From Nitrospinota bacterium (lineage in GTDB: Bacteria; Nitrospinota; Nitrospinia; Nitrospinales; VA-1), in NCBI GenBank assembly GCA_014382285.1, contig JACNKA010000118.1, positions 1-58,570 of the forward strand: 58,570 nucleotides of DNA. Reading direction: 5' to 3'. Positions within the stretch are counted from its first letter, which is position 1, and each line of letters begins with the position of its first letter. Shown here piece after piece: positions 50,384-58,570 of the stretch. The position numbers were made by a program, and so were the translations under genes. Below the pieces are notes generated by a model that did not search any database, had not been told where the DNA came from, and saw nothing but the letters and a program-made list of their open reading frames with translations.

Positions 50384-51933
50384 AAAACGCTCTTAAAATC
50401 CTACTTACAATTAGCCTTCTCATTTCAGGGTCAGAAAAAAGTTTTGCATCACTCCCGATTTCCGATGCTGTGTACCGAGGCTATCAACTTGTCCAGGACT
50501 GGGATATCGCAGCAGCAGAAAAGCTCTCAGAGCAACTATTAAAAAAATATCCTGAATCAGGAGATGCCCATTTTCTCCAAGCCCGCATCGATTTCATGAA
50601 AGGGGATTATGAGCGCTCATGGAAAACACTTCTCCAGGTCGGAGACAACTTTAAAGAGATCAAAGAATTCAAAAGTCATGTCGATGCCACCCGCAGAGCT
50701 GCTAAAAATTTCATATCAAGGGAAAGCGAGCATTTTATCTTTCGCTATGAGCCGGGGCCTGATGAAATTCTGATCCACCATGCTGAGGAAGTTCTTGAGA
50801 AGTCTTATCGCGTTCTCGGAAAAATTTTACATTACTACCCGAAAGAAAAAGTGTTGGTGGAGATTTATCCTGACCGAAAACCATTCGCGCAAATATCCCC
50901 ACTGACACTTAAAGACATTCTCACATCAGGAACCGTGGCACTTTGCAAGTATCACCGCATCACGATCATATCTCCCGGCTCGTTGGTTCGGGGGTTCAAC
51001 TGGATGGACACCCTGAGCCATGAATACGTTCATTACCTCTTAACCAAAAAAAGCCGCAACCACCTGCCCCTCTGGATGCATGAAGGCATTGCTAAATATC
51101 TTGAGACCCAGTGGCGTGGGCAGAAACAATATCTTTCTCCTGTCATGGAGACGGTGCTTTCCAATGCTTTGAAAAATGACTACCGGGTACCACTGGAAGC
51201 GATGATGCCCTCTCTCGCAAAACTAAAAACAGCAGAAGACGTTCAACTGGCTTATGCTGAAGTGTCTTCCATGATGGAATACCTTGCCGCCCTCAAGGGC
51301 CGCGATATTTTCCCACAGATACTGGAAGACCTTGCCTCCGGAGCTGTGTTTAATGATATCTTTATCAAACATGTGGGACAGGATTTAACAGCGTTCCAGA
51401 ATAGCTGGGAAAGCTGGGCAAAAAAACTGGAGCTTAAAATTATCCCCGGAATTAAAACCCTGCCCACGGAGTTTAAAAACAGGAATGGGCCGGAAAACAA
51501 AGAGTACACAGAGCTGGAATCTCGAAGAGCGCGAGATCTGGCCTACTTGGGAGATATTCTCAAGTCCAGGGACTATTTTAAAGCCGCCATCGTTGAATAC
51601 CAAAAAGCACTGGATGAATCGTCTTCCCATTCCCCGGTATTGTTCAACAAACTCGCGGGAACCCACCTGCAAACCCAGAATTATAATGAAGCGGAAAGTC
51701 TATTAAAAGAAAGTCTGGCATTTTTCCCGAATTTTCACACCAGCCTTGCTAATATGGGAGAGGTGTATTTTTCCAACCAAGAATATGAAACAGCCCAGGT
51801 TTATTTTGAAAAAGCAGTACGCATCAACCCCTTCAACCCTTTTGTACACATGCGGCTGATCCATGTCTACGACAAGTTAGGCTTGACCAGGGAAAAAGAA
51901 TTGCAGGCGCGGCAGTTCAGTTATATAGATTGA
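50380..51933 (+). CDS. TPR-containing peptidase MA-like (HEXXH) protein
   Basis: Signal peptide, TLSHEYVH, PLWMHEGIAKY, AYAEV and C-terminal TPRs; GTGA overlap with the upstream gene. Confidence 0.8.
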   Translation: MKNALKILLTISLLISGSEKSFASLPISDAVYRGYQLVQDWDIAAAEKLSEQLLKKYPESGDAHFLQARIDFMKGDYERSWKTLLQVGDNFKEIKEFKSHVDATRRAAKNFISRESEHFIFRYEPGPDEILIHHAEEVLEKSYRVLGKILHYYPKEKVLVEIYPDRKPFAQISPLTLKDILTSGTVALCKYHRITIISPGSLVRGFNWMDTLSHEYVHYLLTKKSRNHLPLWMHEGIAKYLETQWRGQKQYLSPVMETVLSNALKNDYRVPLEAMMPSLAKLKTAEDVQLAYAEVSSMMEYLAALKGRDIFPQILEDLASGAVFNDIFIKHVGQDLTAFQNSWESWAKKLELKIIPGIKTLPTEFKNRNGPENKEYTELESRRARDLAYLGDILKSRDYFKAAIVEYQKALDESSSHSPVLFNKLAGTHLQTQNYNEAESLLKESLAFFPNFHTSLANMGEVYFSNQEYETAQVYFEKAVRINPFNPFVHMRLIHVYDKLGLTREKELQARQFSYID

Positions 51934-51947
51934 TCAGGGAGATTATC

Positions 51948-52934
51948 ATGAAAGATTTGGAGCTGGCGCAGGAACTTTTAAAAGCAAAGAATGAAGTCGT
52001 TCAAGAAATCCGCAAAGTCATTGTAGGTCAGGACAAGGTGATTGAGGATCTTTTGGTTGCTTTATTCTGTAAAGGTCACTGTCTGTTTGTCGGCGTACCT
52101 GGCCTGGCAAAAACTCTTTTGGTGAGCACCCTGTCGCAGACGCTCAACCTGGGCTTCAGTCGCATCCAATTCACTCCCGACTTGATGCCCTCTGACATCA
52201 CCGGCACAGACATCCTGCACGATGACCCCGTGACGGGTAAGAGAGTGTTCCAGTTTATCAAGGGGCCCGTTTTTTCCAATATCATTCTGGCGGATGAAAT
52301 CAATCGCACCCCGCCCAAAACCCAAGCGGCCCTGCTCCAGGCCATGCAGGAAAAAAAGGTGACCGTTGGCGGAAACACCTACGACCTCGACCAACCATTT
52401 TTGGTTTTCGCCACGCAAAACCCTATTGAGCATGAAGGAACCTATCCCCTACCCGAAGCCCAACTCGACCGGTTCATGTTTATTATCAACGTTCCTTACC
52501 CCACCAGGGAAGAGGAAATTAATATTGCGCTTTCCACCACCTCCGGGCATTTGCCCGATTTGAAACCAGTGCTCAACGCTAAACAGGTTCTCGAATTTCA
52601 GGAACTGGTTCCACAAGTTCCGGTTTCGGAGCATGTGGCAAAGTATGCTGTAGAACTGGTGCAGAGCACCCGGCCAAACCAAAATGGAAGCGGTCCGGAT
52701 TTCGTGCGGGAATGGATAGACTGGGGAGCCGGGCCACGAGCTTCTCAATATCTGCTTCTGGGCGCCAAGGCCACTGCTCTGTTGGATAACAGAGTTGCCG
52801 CGACAGTTGAAGATGTTCAGGCCGTTTGCCGTCAGGTTCTCGAACACCGCATCATTCTTAACTTCAAAGCCGAGGCGGAAAACATCAAAGTCACGGATAT
52901 GATCGAGAAACTACTCAAAACAGTTAAAACCTGA
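51948..52934 (+). CDS. MoxR-family AAA+ ATPase
   Basis: GVPGLAKT, RIQFTPDLMPSDITG, LADEINRTPPKTQAALL, ATQNPIEHEGTYPLPEAQLDRF, WGAGPRA. ATG 51948 follows AGGGAG. Confidence 0.95.
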   Translation: MKDLELAQELLKAKNEVVQEIRKVIVGQDKVIEDLLVALFCKGHCLFVGVPGLAKTLLVSTLSQTLNLGFSRIQFTPDLMPSDITGTDILHDDPVTGKRVFQFIKGPVFSNIILADEINRTPPKTQAALLQAMQEKKVTVGGNTYDLDQPFLVFATQNPIEHEGTYPLPEAQLDRFMFIINVPYPTREEEINIALSTTSGHLPDLKPVLNAKQVLEFQELVPQVPVSEHVAKYAVELVQSTRPNQNGSGPDFVREWIDWGAGPRASQYLLLGAKATALLDNRVAATVEDVQAVCRQVLEHRIILNFKAEAENIKVTDMIEKLLKTVKT

Positions 52935-52968
52935 TACGGTGGGAAACAACTTTTTAAAAGAAAAACAA

Positions 52969-53595
52969 TCAGATCAGGTTTGCGGTTTTCCAGTCCACTT
53001 TAAGCTCAAGAGGGTTCCCGGATCTGCTCTGGTACTTCACAAAACCGTGTTTCTCGCCGAACAGATATAAGTCTCTGGTGATTTCCACATCCTGCCGACA
53101 ATACTGGATAATTTTATTAATCTTTCCTTCCTTGTACCATTGCAGAGAAACCAATCCGTCCGCAGACTTCTCAGCATGGAGCGTGTGTTGTGCCAGATGA
53201 TTGAGGCTCAACCGGAACCCCAGATTCTTTTTCACATCAACCAGCATATCGAAGGTGTTGATTTCCTGTAAGTCGAAATCAGAGTACGGCTGAAGAACCG
53301 TGTAGTCGAATCCAATGATGTTGAACCCGACTGCCAAATCAGCGGTACGCAGCTTTTCCACCAATTGAGCGGCATCCTTTTCTTCGTAGGTAAAGAATTC
53401 CTGATCCAAACTGTCCCAGACTACCCCGACAGCCAGACCCATTTTATGAATATTGCCCCATCCTCCCACATCCTCAGCGCTCTTCTGGGTTTCCAGGTCA
53501 AAATATTGCACCCGGGGGCTTGCGACCTCCTCTGCCACGATTTTTTTAGCTTCCTGATCTTCTGCTTCTCCGAAAAGTCCGAGTTGTTCCGACAT
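52969..53595 (-). CDS. Stand-alone RNase H-like/DEDD exonuclease domain protein (YprB/RNase_H_2-like)
   Basis: YFDLETQ, VGFNIIGFDY, SLNHLA, YCRQDVEIT. Confidence 0.8.
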   Translation of the reverse strand: MSEQLGLFGEAEDQEAKKIVAEEVASPRVQYFDLETQKSAEDVGGWGNIHKMGLAVGVVWDSLDQEFFTYEEKDAAQLVEKLRTADLAVGFNIIGFDYTVLQPYSDFDLQEINTFDMLVDVKKNLGFRLSLNHLAQHTLHAEKSADGLVSLQWYKEGKINKIIQYCRQDVEITRDLYLFGEKHGFVKYQSRSGNPLELKVDWKTANLI

Positions 53596-53764
53596 TTTCC
53601 TACCAATTTTTAAGGAATAATTGCTGTTAATTTAGCATTCTCGCCCCCCAAATCAACGCTTTTTTACAACCCCCCAAATTCAAACGAGTTAAGACTCGTT
53701 TAATCAGCTTCTTTTGCGAAAATACCCAGCCAACTACAGCCTCTGCTTTTAACTTTAAAATGAT

Positions 53765-53792
53765 TAAAGTTTCGTTTTTTTAAGACCGATAA
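53765..53792 (+). promoter_or_regulatory. sigma28 (FliA) promoter of fliD
   Basis: TAAAGTTT-N12-ACCGATAA versus consensus TAAAGTTT-N11-GCCGATAA, 58 nt before fliD. Confidence 0.6.
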
Positions 53793-53850
53793 ACCAAGAG
53801 ATAGAACTCGTGTGCACACCTGAAGGTTACTGCCAAAGAAAGGTCGTTAA

Positions 53851-55473
53851 GTGGCTCAAACTGCAATTTTTGGAATCAACTCCAACCTCGATACCGGCGG
53901 TATTATCGATAATCTGGTGAAACTCCAGCGTAGCCCGATTACTATTGTCGAAGCTAAACGGACTTTAGAAGATGCAAAGCTTTTAAGCTTTCAAGATCTG
54001 AAAGACCGACTCCAAACCTTCAAAGGTGTGGTCAACACCCTCAACACCGAATCACGGTTTTTAGCTACTAAAGCAGACTTTTCCAACAATAGCGCCACCG
54101 ACACAAACTCGGTGGTCAGTATGAGCACCAGCAGCCAAGCCGCATCTGGAACATTTTCCCTGACAGTCAACAATCTCGCCCGGGAAACAAAACTTGTTTC
54201 AACTGGTTTTGCGGAAGTCACCAGCGCTATCTCAACGGGAACGATGAATATAAGTGTTGGCACCACATCCGTTGCTATCAACATCGACAGCTCCAACAAC
54301 ACACTCGATGGCTTGCGTCTGGCCATCAACAACTCCGGGCTGGATGTAAAAGCCACCTTCATTAACGATGGTAGTAGTACAAATCCCATACGCCTGTCAG
54401 TCTCAGGCAACAAATCGGGTGTAGACAACGCCGTGAGTATCGGAGTAACCGGCACTCTCTTTGGCGCAGGAACCACAAACCTTGTCAACTTTACCCAGAC
54501 CCAGGCAGCTCAGAACGCAAACTTTGTCCTGGATGGTGTTGCTGTCACCAAATCCGGCAATGTTGTCTCCGATGTCATAACCGGAGCAATTATAACTTTA
54601 GAGTCTGCCGGTTCCGGGACGGTCACCCTAAGTTCCGATACCGATAAAATCAAAGAAAAAGTCCAAGCCTATGTAGATGGTTATAACGATTTGACGTCGC
54701 ACTTGAGTTCAGAGCTGGCTTTGGATACTTCAACTGGTGAAACCGGTGTTTTGTTTGCCAACTTCACAATTCAGAATCTGCAACAAAAACTGCGCGATAC
54801 TGTCAGTGGTCAAGTATCAGGAGTGACTGGAGATTTCAGTTATCTCTCACAAATCGGAATTCGGACACTAAGCGATGGCACTCTTGCCATTGATGACGGC
54901 GAGTTCAGCGATGCCCTGGCAAAAGATGTTGGCAACGTCAGTCAACTATTTTCCAGCAGCAGCGTGAGCACAAACTCCGCAGTGACCTTTGTCGGGTTCA
55001 CCAACGACACCAAACCAGACAGCTATAATGTCAGGGTTAGCAACGGGGTCCCACAACTGGCTGCATCCGGGTCCACCACATTCACAGATGCCGTGGGAAA
55101 CGGGAACTTTTTCGCCGGAGCAGAGGGAACGGATGCAGAGGGACTGAACTTTAGAATCGCCTCTCTCAGTGATGGGGACTATGGGACACTCACGCTATCT
55201 ATTGGCGTGGCCCAAATCACAAATCGTATTCTGGCAAACCTGACTGATGCCTCTCTGGAAGGCCCTCTGAAAGCGGAGCTCGATACCGCAGTAGAAACCA
55301 TTAAGGATTTTGATGAAACAATAACCCAACTGGAAGCACGGGCCGTATTGTTTGAAGAAAATCTGAGAGAACGATTCACTAATCTTGAAGTGCTATTGGG
55401 AAGGTTGAATTCCCAAAGAGATGCCTTTGATCAATCAATTGCTGGAATCCAGGCTTTATTCAGCGGCAAATAG
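53851..55473 (+). CDS. fliD: Flagellar filament cap protein
   Basis: GINSNLDTGGIIDNLV, TQAAQNANFVLDG, FVDGYN-like YVDGYND, LSQIGI, C-terminal RFTNLEVLLGRLNSQ. Confidence 0.93.
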   Translation: MAQTAIFGINSNLDTGGIIDNLVKLQRSPITIVEAKRTLEDAKLLSFQDLKDRLQTFKGVVNTLNTESRFLATKADFSNNSATDTNSVVSMSTSSQAASGTFSLTVNNLARETKLVSTGFAEVTSAISTGTMNISVGTTSVAINIDSSNNTLDGLRLAINNSGLDVKATFINDGSSTNPIRLSVSGNKSGVDNAVSIGVTGTLFGAGTTNLVNFTQTQAAQNANFVLDGVAVTKSGNVVSDVITGAIITLESAGSGTVTLSSDTDKIKEKVQAYVDGYNDLTSHLSSELALDTSTGETGVLFANFTIQNLQQKLRDTVSGQVSGVTGDFSYLSQIGIRTLSDGTLAIDDGEFSDALAKDVGNVSQLFSSSSVSTNSAVTFVGFTNDTKPDSYNVRVSNGVPQLAASGSTTFTDAVGNGNFFAGAEGTDAEGLNFRIASLSDGDYGTLTLSIGVAQITNRILANLTDASLEGPLKAELDTAVETIKDFDETITQLEARAVLFEENLRERFTNLEVLLGRLNSQRDAFDQSIAGIQALFSGK

Positions 55474-55515
55474 ATAACACAACTAAAATCGGCCAGTCCT
55501 AAGGAATGAAATAGA

Positions 55516-55944
55516 ATGGGTCCATCACAATATCACAACCAATACCGCAGAAACGAAATCTCCACCTCCAGCCAGGGGCGCCTCATCATTATGATGTATG
55601 AAGGAGCCACCAAATTTACAACCATGGCAATTCAAAGCATTGATAAGGGAGATATCGCCGGACAGGGGAAATATATCAACAAAACCCACGATATTATTAA
55701 TGAGCTTTCACTGGCTCTAGATCTGAAAAAAGGGGGCGAAGTAGCTCTGCGTCTTGAATCTTTATATCAATATATGCTCAGCCAATTGACACTGGCGAAT
55801 ATCAAGTCCGACCGAAAAGCCCTCGAAACCATCATTAAAATACTCGGTCCGCTTACCGAAGCCTGGGAACAATTATTTAATGCCAGCACCAATACAGGAC
55901 AAGGCGACCACGAGCCGCCAAAAAATATCGCATCAAAATGTTAA
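55516..55944 (+). CDS. fliS: Flagellin export chaperone
   Basis: LIIMMYEGA, IINELSLALDLKKGGEVALRLESLYQYM, EAWEQ. Confidence 0.95.
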   Translation: MGPSQYHNQYRRNEISTSSQGRLIIMMYEGATKFTTMAIQSIDKGDIAGQGKYINKTHDIINELSLALDLKKGGEVALRLESLYQYMLSQLTLANIKSDRKALETIIKILGPLTEAWEQLFNASTNTGQGDHEPPKNIASKC

Positions 55945-56050
55945 TAGCCTCCCTACTTACAACTCTTCCACTAACAAAAACTCGTATAACCCCACAGTAT
56001 TGACACGAAGGAACTTCAAGGAGTGATCGCAAATAAATGGCAGGCTCATT

Positions 56051-56087
56051 AAAAAAAGGCTTGCCGGATAAACCCGACAAGCCTTTA
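56051..56087 (-). terminator. Rho-independent terminator (T-run on minus strand; possibly bidirectional)
   Basis: aaaggcttg/caagccttt stem around ccggataaacccga; A7 run at 56051-56057 reads as a U-tail on the minus strand. Confidence 0.7.
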
Positions 56088-56120
56088 TGGTTAAACAAAG
56101 ATTGAGGCATATGTCAGCCT

Positions 56121-56249
56121 TTATTGCTCCATCTTACTTTTCAGATAAGGTGCGTATTTTTGATCCGCGCCAAGAATGTGATTCACCAACCAGTTTTTCA
56201 GGAAAGATAACAGTTCATGGCTGATATCCTCCCCTATTCCTCGACCTTT
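56121..56249 (-). pseudogene. C-terminal remnant of a bacteriohemerythrin
   Basis: Translates to KGRGIGEDISHELLSFLKNWLVNHILGADQKYAPYLKSKMEQ*, matching the hemerythrin LxxWLxxHIxxxDxxY motif. In-frame TGA immediately upstream and no start codon. Confidence 0.8.
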
Positions 56250-56342
56250 TCAGAGTCCGGGTAATTTATTTTGACATCTTCCCAATTCCTGTGCTAAAAA
56301 TTATCTTTCAATTTTCCCCTCATAATAATTCGATGGAATTTC

Positions 56343-57503
56343 ATGAAGATTCATGAGTATCAAGCCAAAGAGATTTTAAGAAAACATAATGTAGCCGTGC
56401 CCAACGGAATTCTGATTTCCAAAAAATCAGAAGCCGCTGCGGCAGCTAAAAAAGTTGGCACTGATGTTGTCGTGGTCAAAGCCCAGATTCATGCAGGAGG
56501 ACGCGGGAAAGGCGGCGGCGTCAAACTGGCGAAAAGTCCACAGGAAGCCGAGAAACATGCTGGCAATATTATAGGCATGACGCTCGTCACCACACAGACT
56601 GGATCTGAAGGCCGACTGGTTAAAAAAGTGCTGATCGAAGAAGGCATGTCCATAGCCAAAGAGTTGTATATGGGCATTCTGGTCGACCGTGAAACCAGCC
56701 GGGTTCTCATAATGGCTAGCGAAGCGGGCGGAATGGAAATCGAGGAGGTCGCTGCAGCCACCCCGGAAAGAATCATTAAAGAAACGGTGGCCCCGGTGAT
56801 CGGCGTTCAACCTTACCTGGCTCGAAAAATAGCTTTTGCCTTGAACATTGAAGGCGCAGCTTTAAAAGCAATCATCCCTTTCATCATCAATCTCTACGAC
56901 GCGTTTATAAAAGAAGACTGCTCCATGCTGGAAATCAATCCGCTTGTCATCACCACTGACGACCGGGTTCTGGCTCTGGACGCGAAGGTGGACATAGACG
57001 ACAACGCCATGTTCCGCCATAAAGAAACGCTCGCATACAGAGACCTGGATGAAGAAGATCCCTTGGAAGTAGAAGCCAGCAAGTTCCATCTGAACTACAT
57101 CAAGCTTGATGGAAATATTGGTTGCATGGTTAACGGTGCTGGTCTGGCAATGGCAACGATGGATATCATCAAGTTGTCTGGCGGTGAACCGGCTAACTTT
57201 CTTGATGTTGGCGGTGGAGCTGATGAGGAAATGATTGAAAATGGTTTCCGCATTATTCTTTCCGATCCATCTGTAAAGGGAATCTTCATTAATATTTTTG
57301 GTGGCATTCTTCGCTGTGATATTCTTGCCCGAGGGGTGGTCGCAGCAACCAAAAAGCTGAAAATTAAAATTCCCATTGTGGTTCGGATGGAAGGCACCAA
57401 CATGGAAGAAGGACATAATATTCTTAAAGACTCCGGCCTGAACTTCGCCATAGGAAGTGGCATGAAGGACGGCGCCCAAAAAGTGGTCAAAGCGATAAAA
57501 TGA
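56343..57503 (+). CDS. sucC: Succinyl-CoA synthetase beta subunit
   Basis: [62 protein letters not shown]. Confidence 0.98.
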   Translation: MKIHEYQAKEILRKHNVAVPNGILISKKSEAAAAAKKVGTDVVVVKAQIHAGGRGKGGGVKLAKSPQEAEKHAGNIIGMTLVTTQTGSEGRLVKKVLIEEGMSIAKELYMGILVDRETSRVLIMASEAGGMEIEEVAAATPERIIKETVAPVIGVQPYLARKIAFALNIEGAALKAIIPFIINLYDAFIKEDCSMLEINPLVITTDDRVLALDAKVDIDDNAMFRHKETLAYRDLDEEDPLEVEASKFHLNYIKLDGNIGCMVNGAGLAMATMDIIKLSGGEPANFLDVGGGADEEMIENGFRIILSDPSVKGIFINIFGGILRCDILARGVVAATKKLKIKIPIVVRMEGTNMEEGHNILKDSGLNFAIGSGMKDGAQKVVKAIK

Positions 57504-58369
57504 GCATACTCGTTGATGAAAAAACAAGACTGATAACCCAGGGTATCACTGGTCGGGAAGGCATGTTTCATACCGAGCAATCGATGAAATATGGAACCCA
57601 TGTAGTAGGCGGAGTGACCCCGGGTAAAGGCGGACAAAAAGTATTGGGAAACGTGCCGGTCTTCAATACGGTGCAAGATGCGGTGGTCAAAACCAAAGCC
57701 AACGCGACCATGATCTTTGTTCCCCCGCCCTTTGCCGCTGACGCTATTTTAGAAGCGGCCGATGCCGGTATTGAGTTGATCATATGCATCACCGAGGGAA
57801 TCCCGGTGAGCGACATGGTGAACGTCTATAAATATCTGCAAGGCACCAACAGCCGGTTAGTCGGGCCGAATTGCCCTGGTGTTATTTCTCCCGGTAAAGC
57901 CAAGATTGGTATCATGCCAGCCCACATCCATAAAAAGGGCAATGTCGGGATCATTTCCCGCAGCGGAACCCTGACCTACGAAGCTGTTGGCCAGTTGACT
58001 GCGTTAGGAATCGGTCAGTCCACCTGTGTGGGAATTGGTGGCGACCCCATCATCGGCACAAGGTTCATTGATGTCCTGGAACTGTTTCAGAGAGACCGTG
58101 GCACCAAAGCTATTTGCATGATCGGGGAAATCGGCGGTACAGCCGAAGATGAAGCGGCTTACTACATTAAAAAACACGTTACCAAACCGGTGATCGGGTT
58201 TATTGCCGGGCAGACTGCACCTCCAGGCCGACGCATGGGACATGCTGGTGCTATCATTTCTGGAGGTCAGGGAACTGCTGAGGAAAAAATGAAGGTCATG
58301 AAGCGGTGCGGAATCAAAGTTGTGAAGAGCCCTGCCGACCTCGGCAAAACTCTACAAAAAGCCCTCTAA
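57500..58369 (+). CDS. sucD: Succinyl-CoA synthetase alpha subunit
   Basis: [44 protein letters not shown]. Confidence 0.98.
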   Translation: MSILVDEKTRLITQGITGREGMFHTEQSMKYGTHVVGGVTPGKGGQKVLGNVPVFNTVQDAVVKTKANATMIFVPPPFAADAILEAADAGIELIICITEGIPVSDMVNVYKYLQGTNSRLVGPNCPGVISPGKAKIGIMPAHIHKKGNVGIISRSGTLTYEAVGQLTALGIGQSTCVGIGGDPIIGTRFIDVLELFQRDRGTKAICMIGEIGGTAEDEAAYYIKKHVTKPVIGFIAGQTAPPGRRMGHAGAIISGGQGTAEEKMKVMKRCGIKVVKSPADLGKTLQKAL

Positions 58370-58570
58370 CCCTCTCACGAGGGTTGCAGCTAGCAATAAC
58401 CTCTACTGCTAGCAAAAAAGTTATCTCGGCTCAAAATGTAATTGCACATGTCCACCGGCGGTTCGCCGGTCTCTAGCGAGGGATGTGTGATATTTGACCT
58501 AAGCCTTCATGCCCCTAAGCAACTGTGTTAAATGTCAAGCATTGGAGATGAGATTTTCATTCCAGAGTGT

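Noticed and set aside
58366-58490. Cluster of short hairpins after sucD (aaccctc/gagggtt, gctagca/tgctagc, accggcg/cgccggt)
   Set aside because: No U-tail in the proper orientation and no match I can recognise to a riboswitch or ncRNA; context is cut off by the window end.

Overview
A 58.6-kb bacterial chromosomal window made up mostly of housekeeping genes. Gene content and protein style suggest a Nitrospina/Nitrospinota-like or deltaproteobacteria-like genome; this is inference, not a database result. In order: glycogen cluster (glgP partial, malQ, GH57, glgB), DUF3619/DUF3106-like pair, voltage-gated K+ channel, short secretin-like protein, DnaJ paralogue, oppB-recQ-oppC, UbiD-family decarboxylase and uvrA, a complete F1Fo atp operon, a ferredoxin-like protein, holB-PSP1-metG-TatD/radical-SAM, cytochrome c peroxidase-msrA-ppiC, an SPFH gene followed by an AT-rich PRTase + SLOG pair, cusCBA, DUF4175-peptidase/TPR-MoxR, fliD-fliS and sucCD. 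No rRNA, tRNA, CRISPR array or intact transposase/integrase was recognised. Best leads: (1) a translationally coupled ComF-like PRTase + YspA-like SLOG islet, a candidate ShosTA-like defence/toxin-antitoxin variant; (2) a Cys-rich exported ORF ending in a Pro-rich ...HPPQ tail upstream of cusCBA, with an anti-SD right after its stop, resembling a CutF/CruR-type copper-sensing leader; (3) a sigma54-like promoter in front of a 41-aa membrane peptide missing from the ORF track; (4) a 92-aa membrane protein ending in a FliF-like FliG-binding tail; (5) scars: a duplicated tatD 3' end, a hemerythrin remnant and a dispersed IS-end-like motif.
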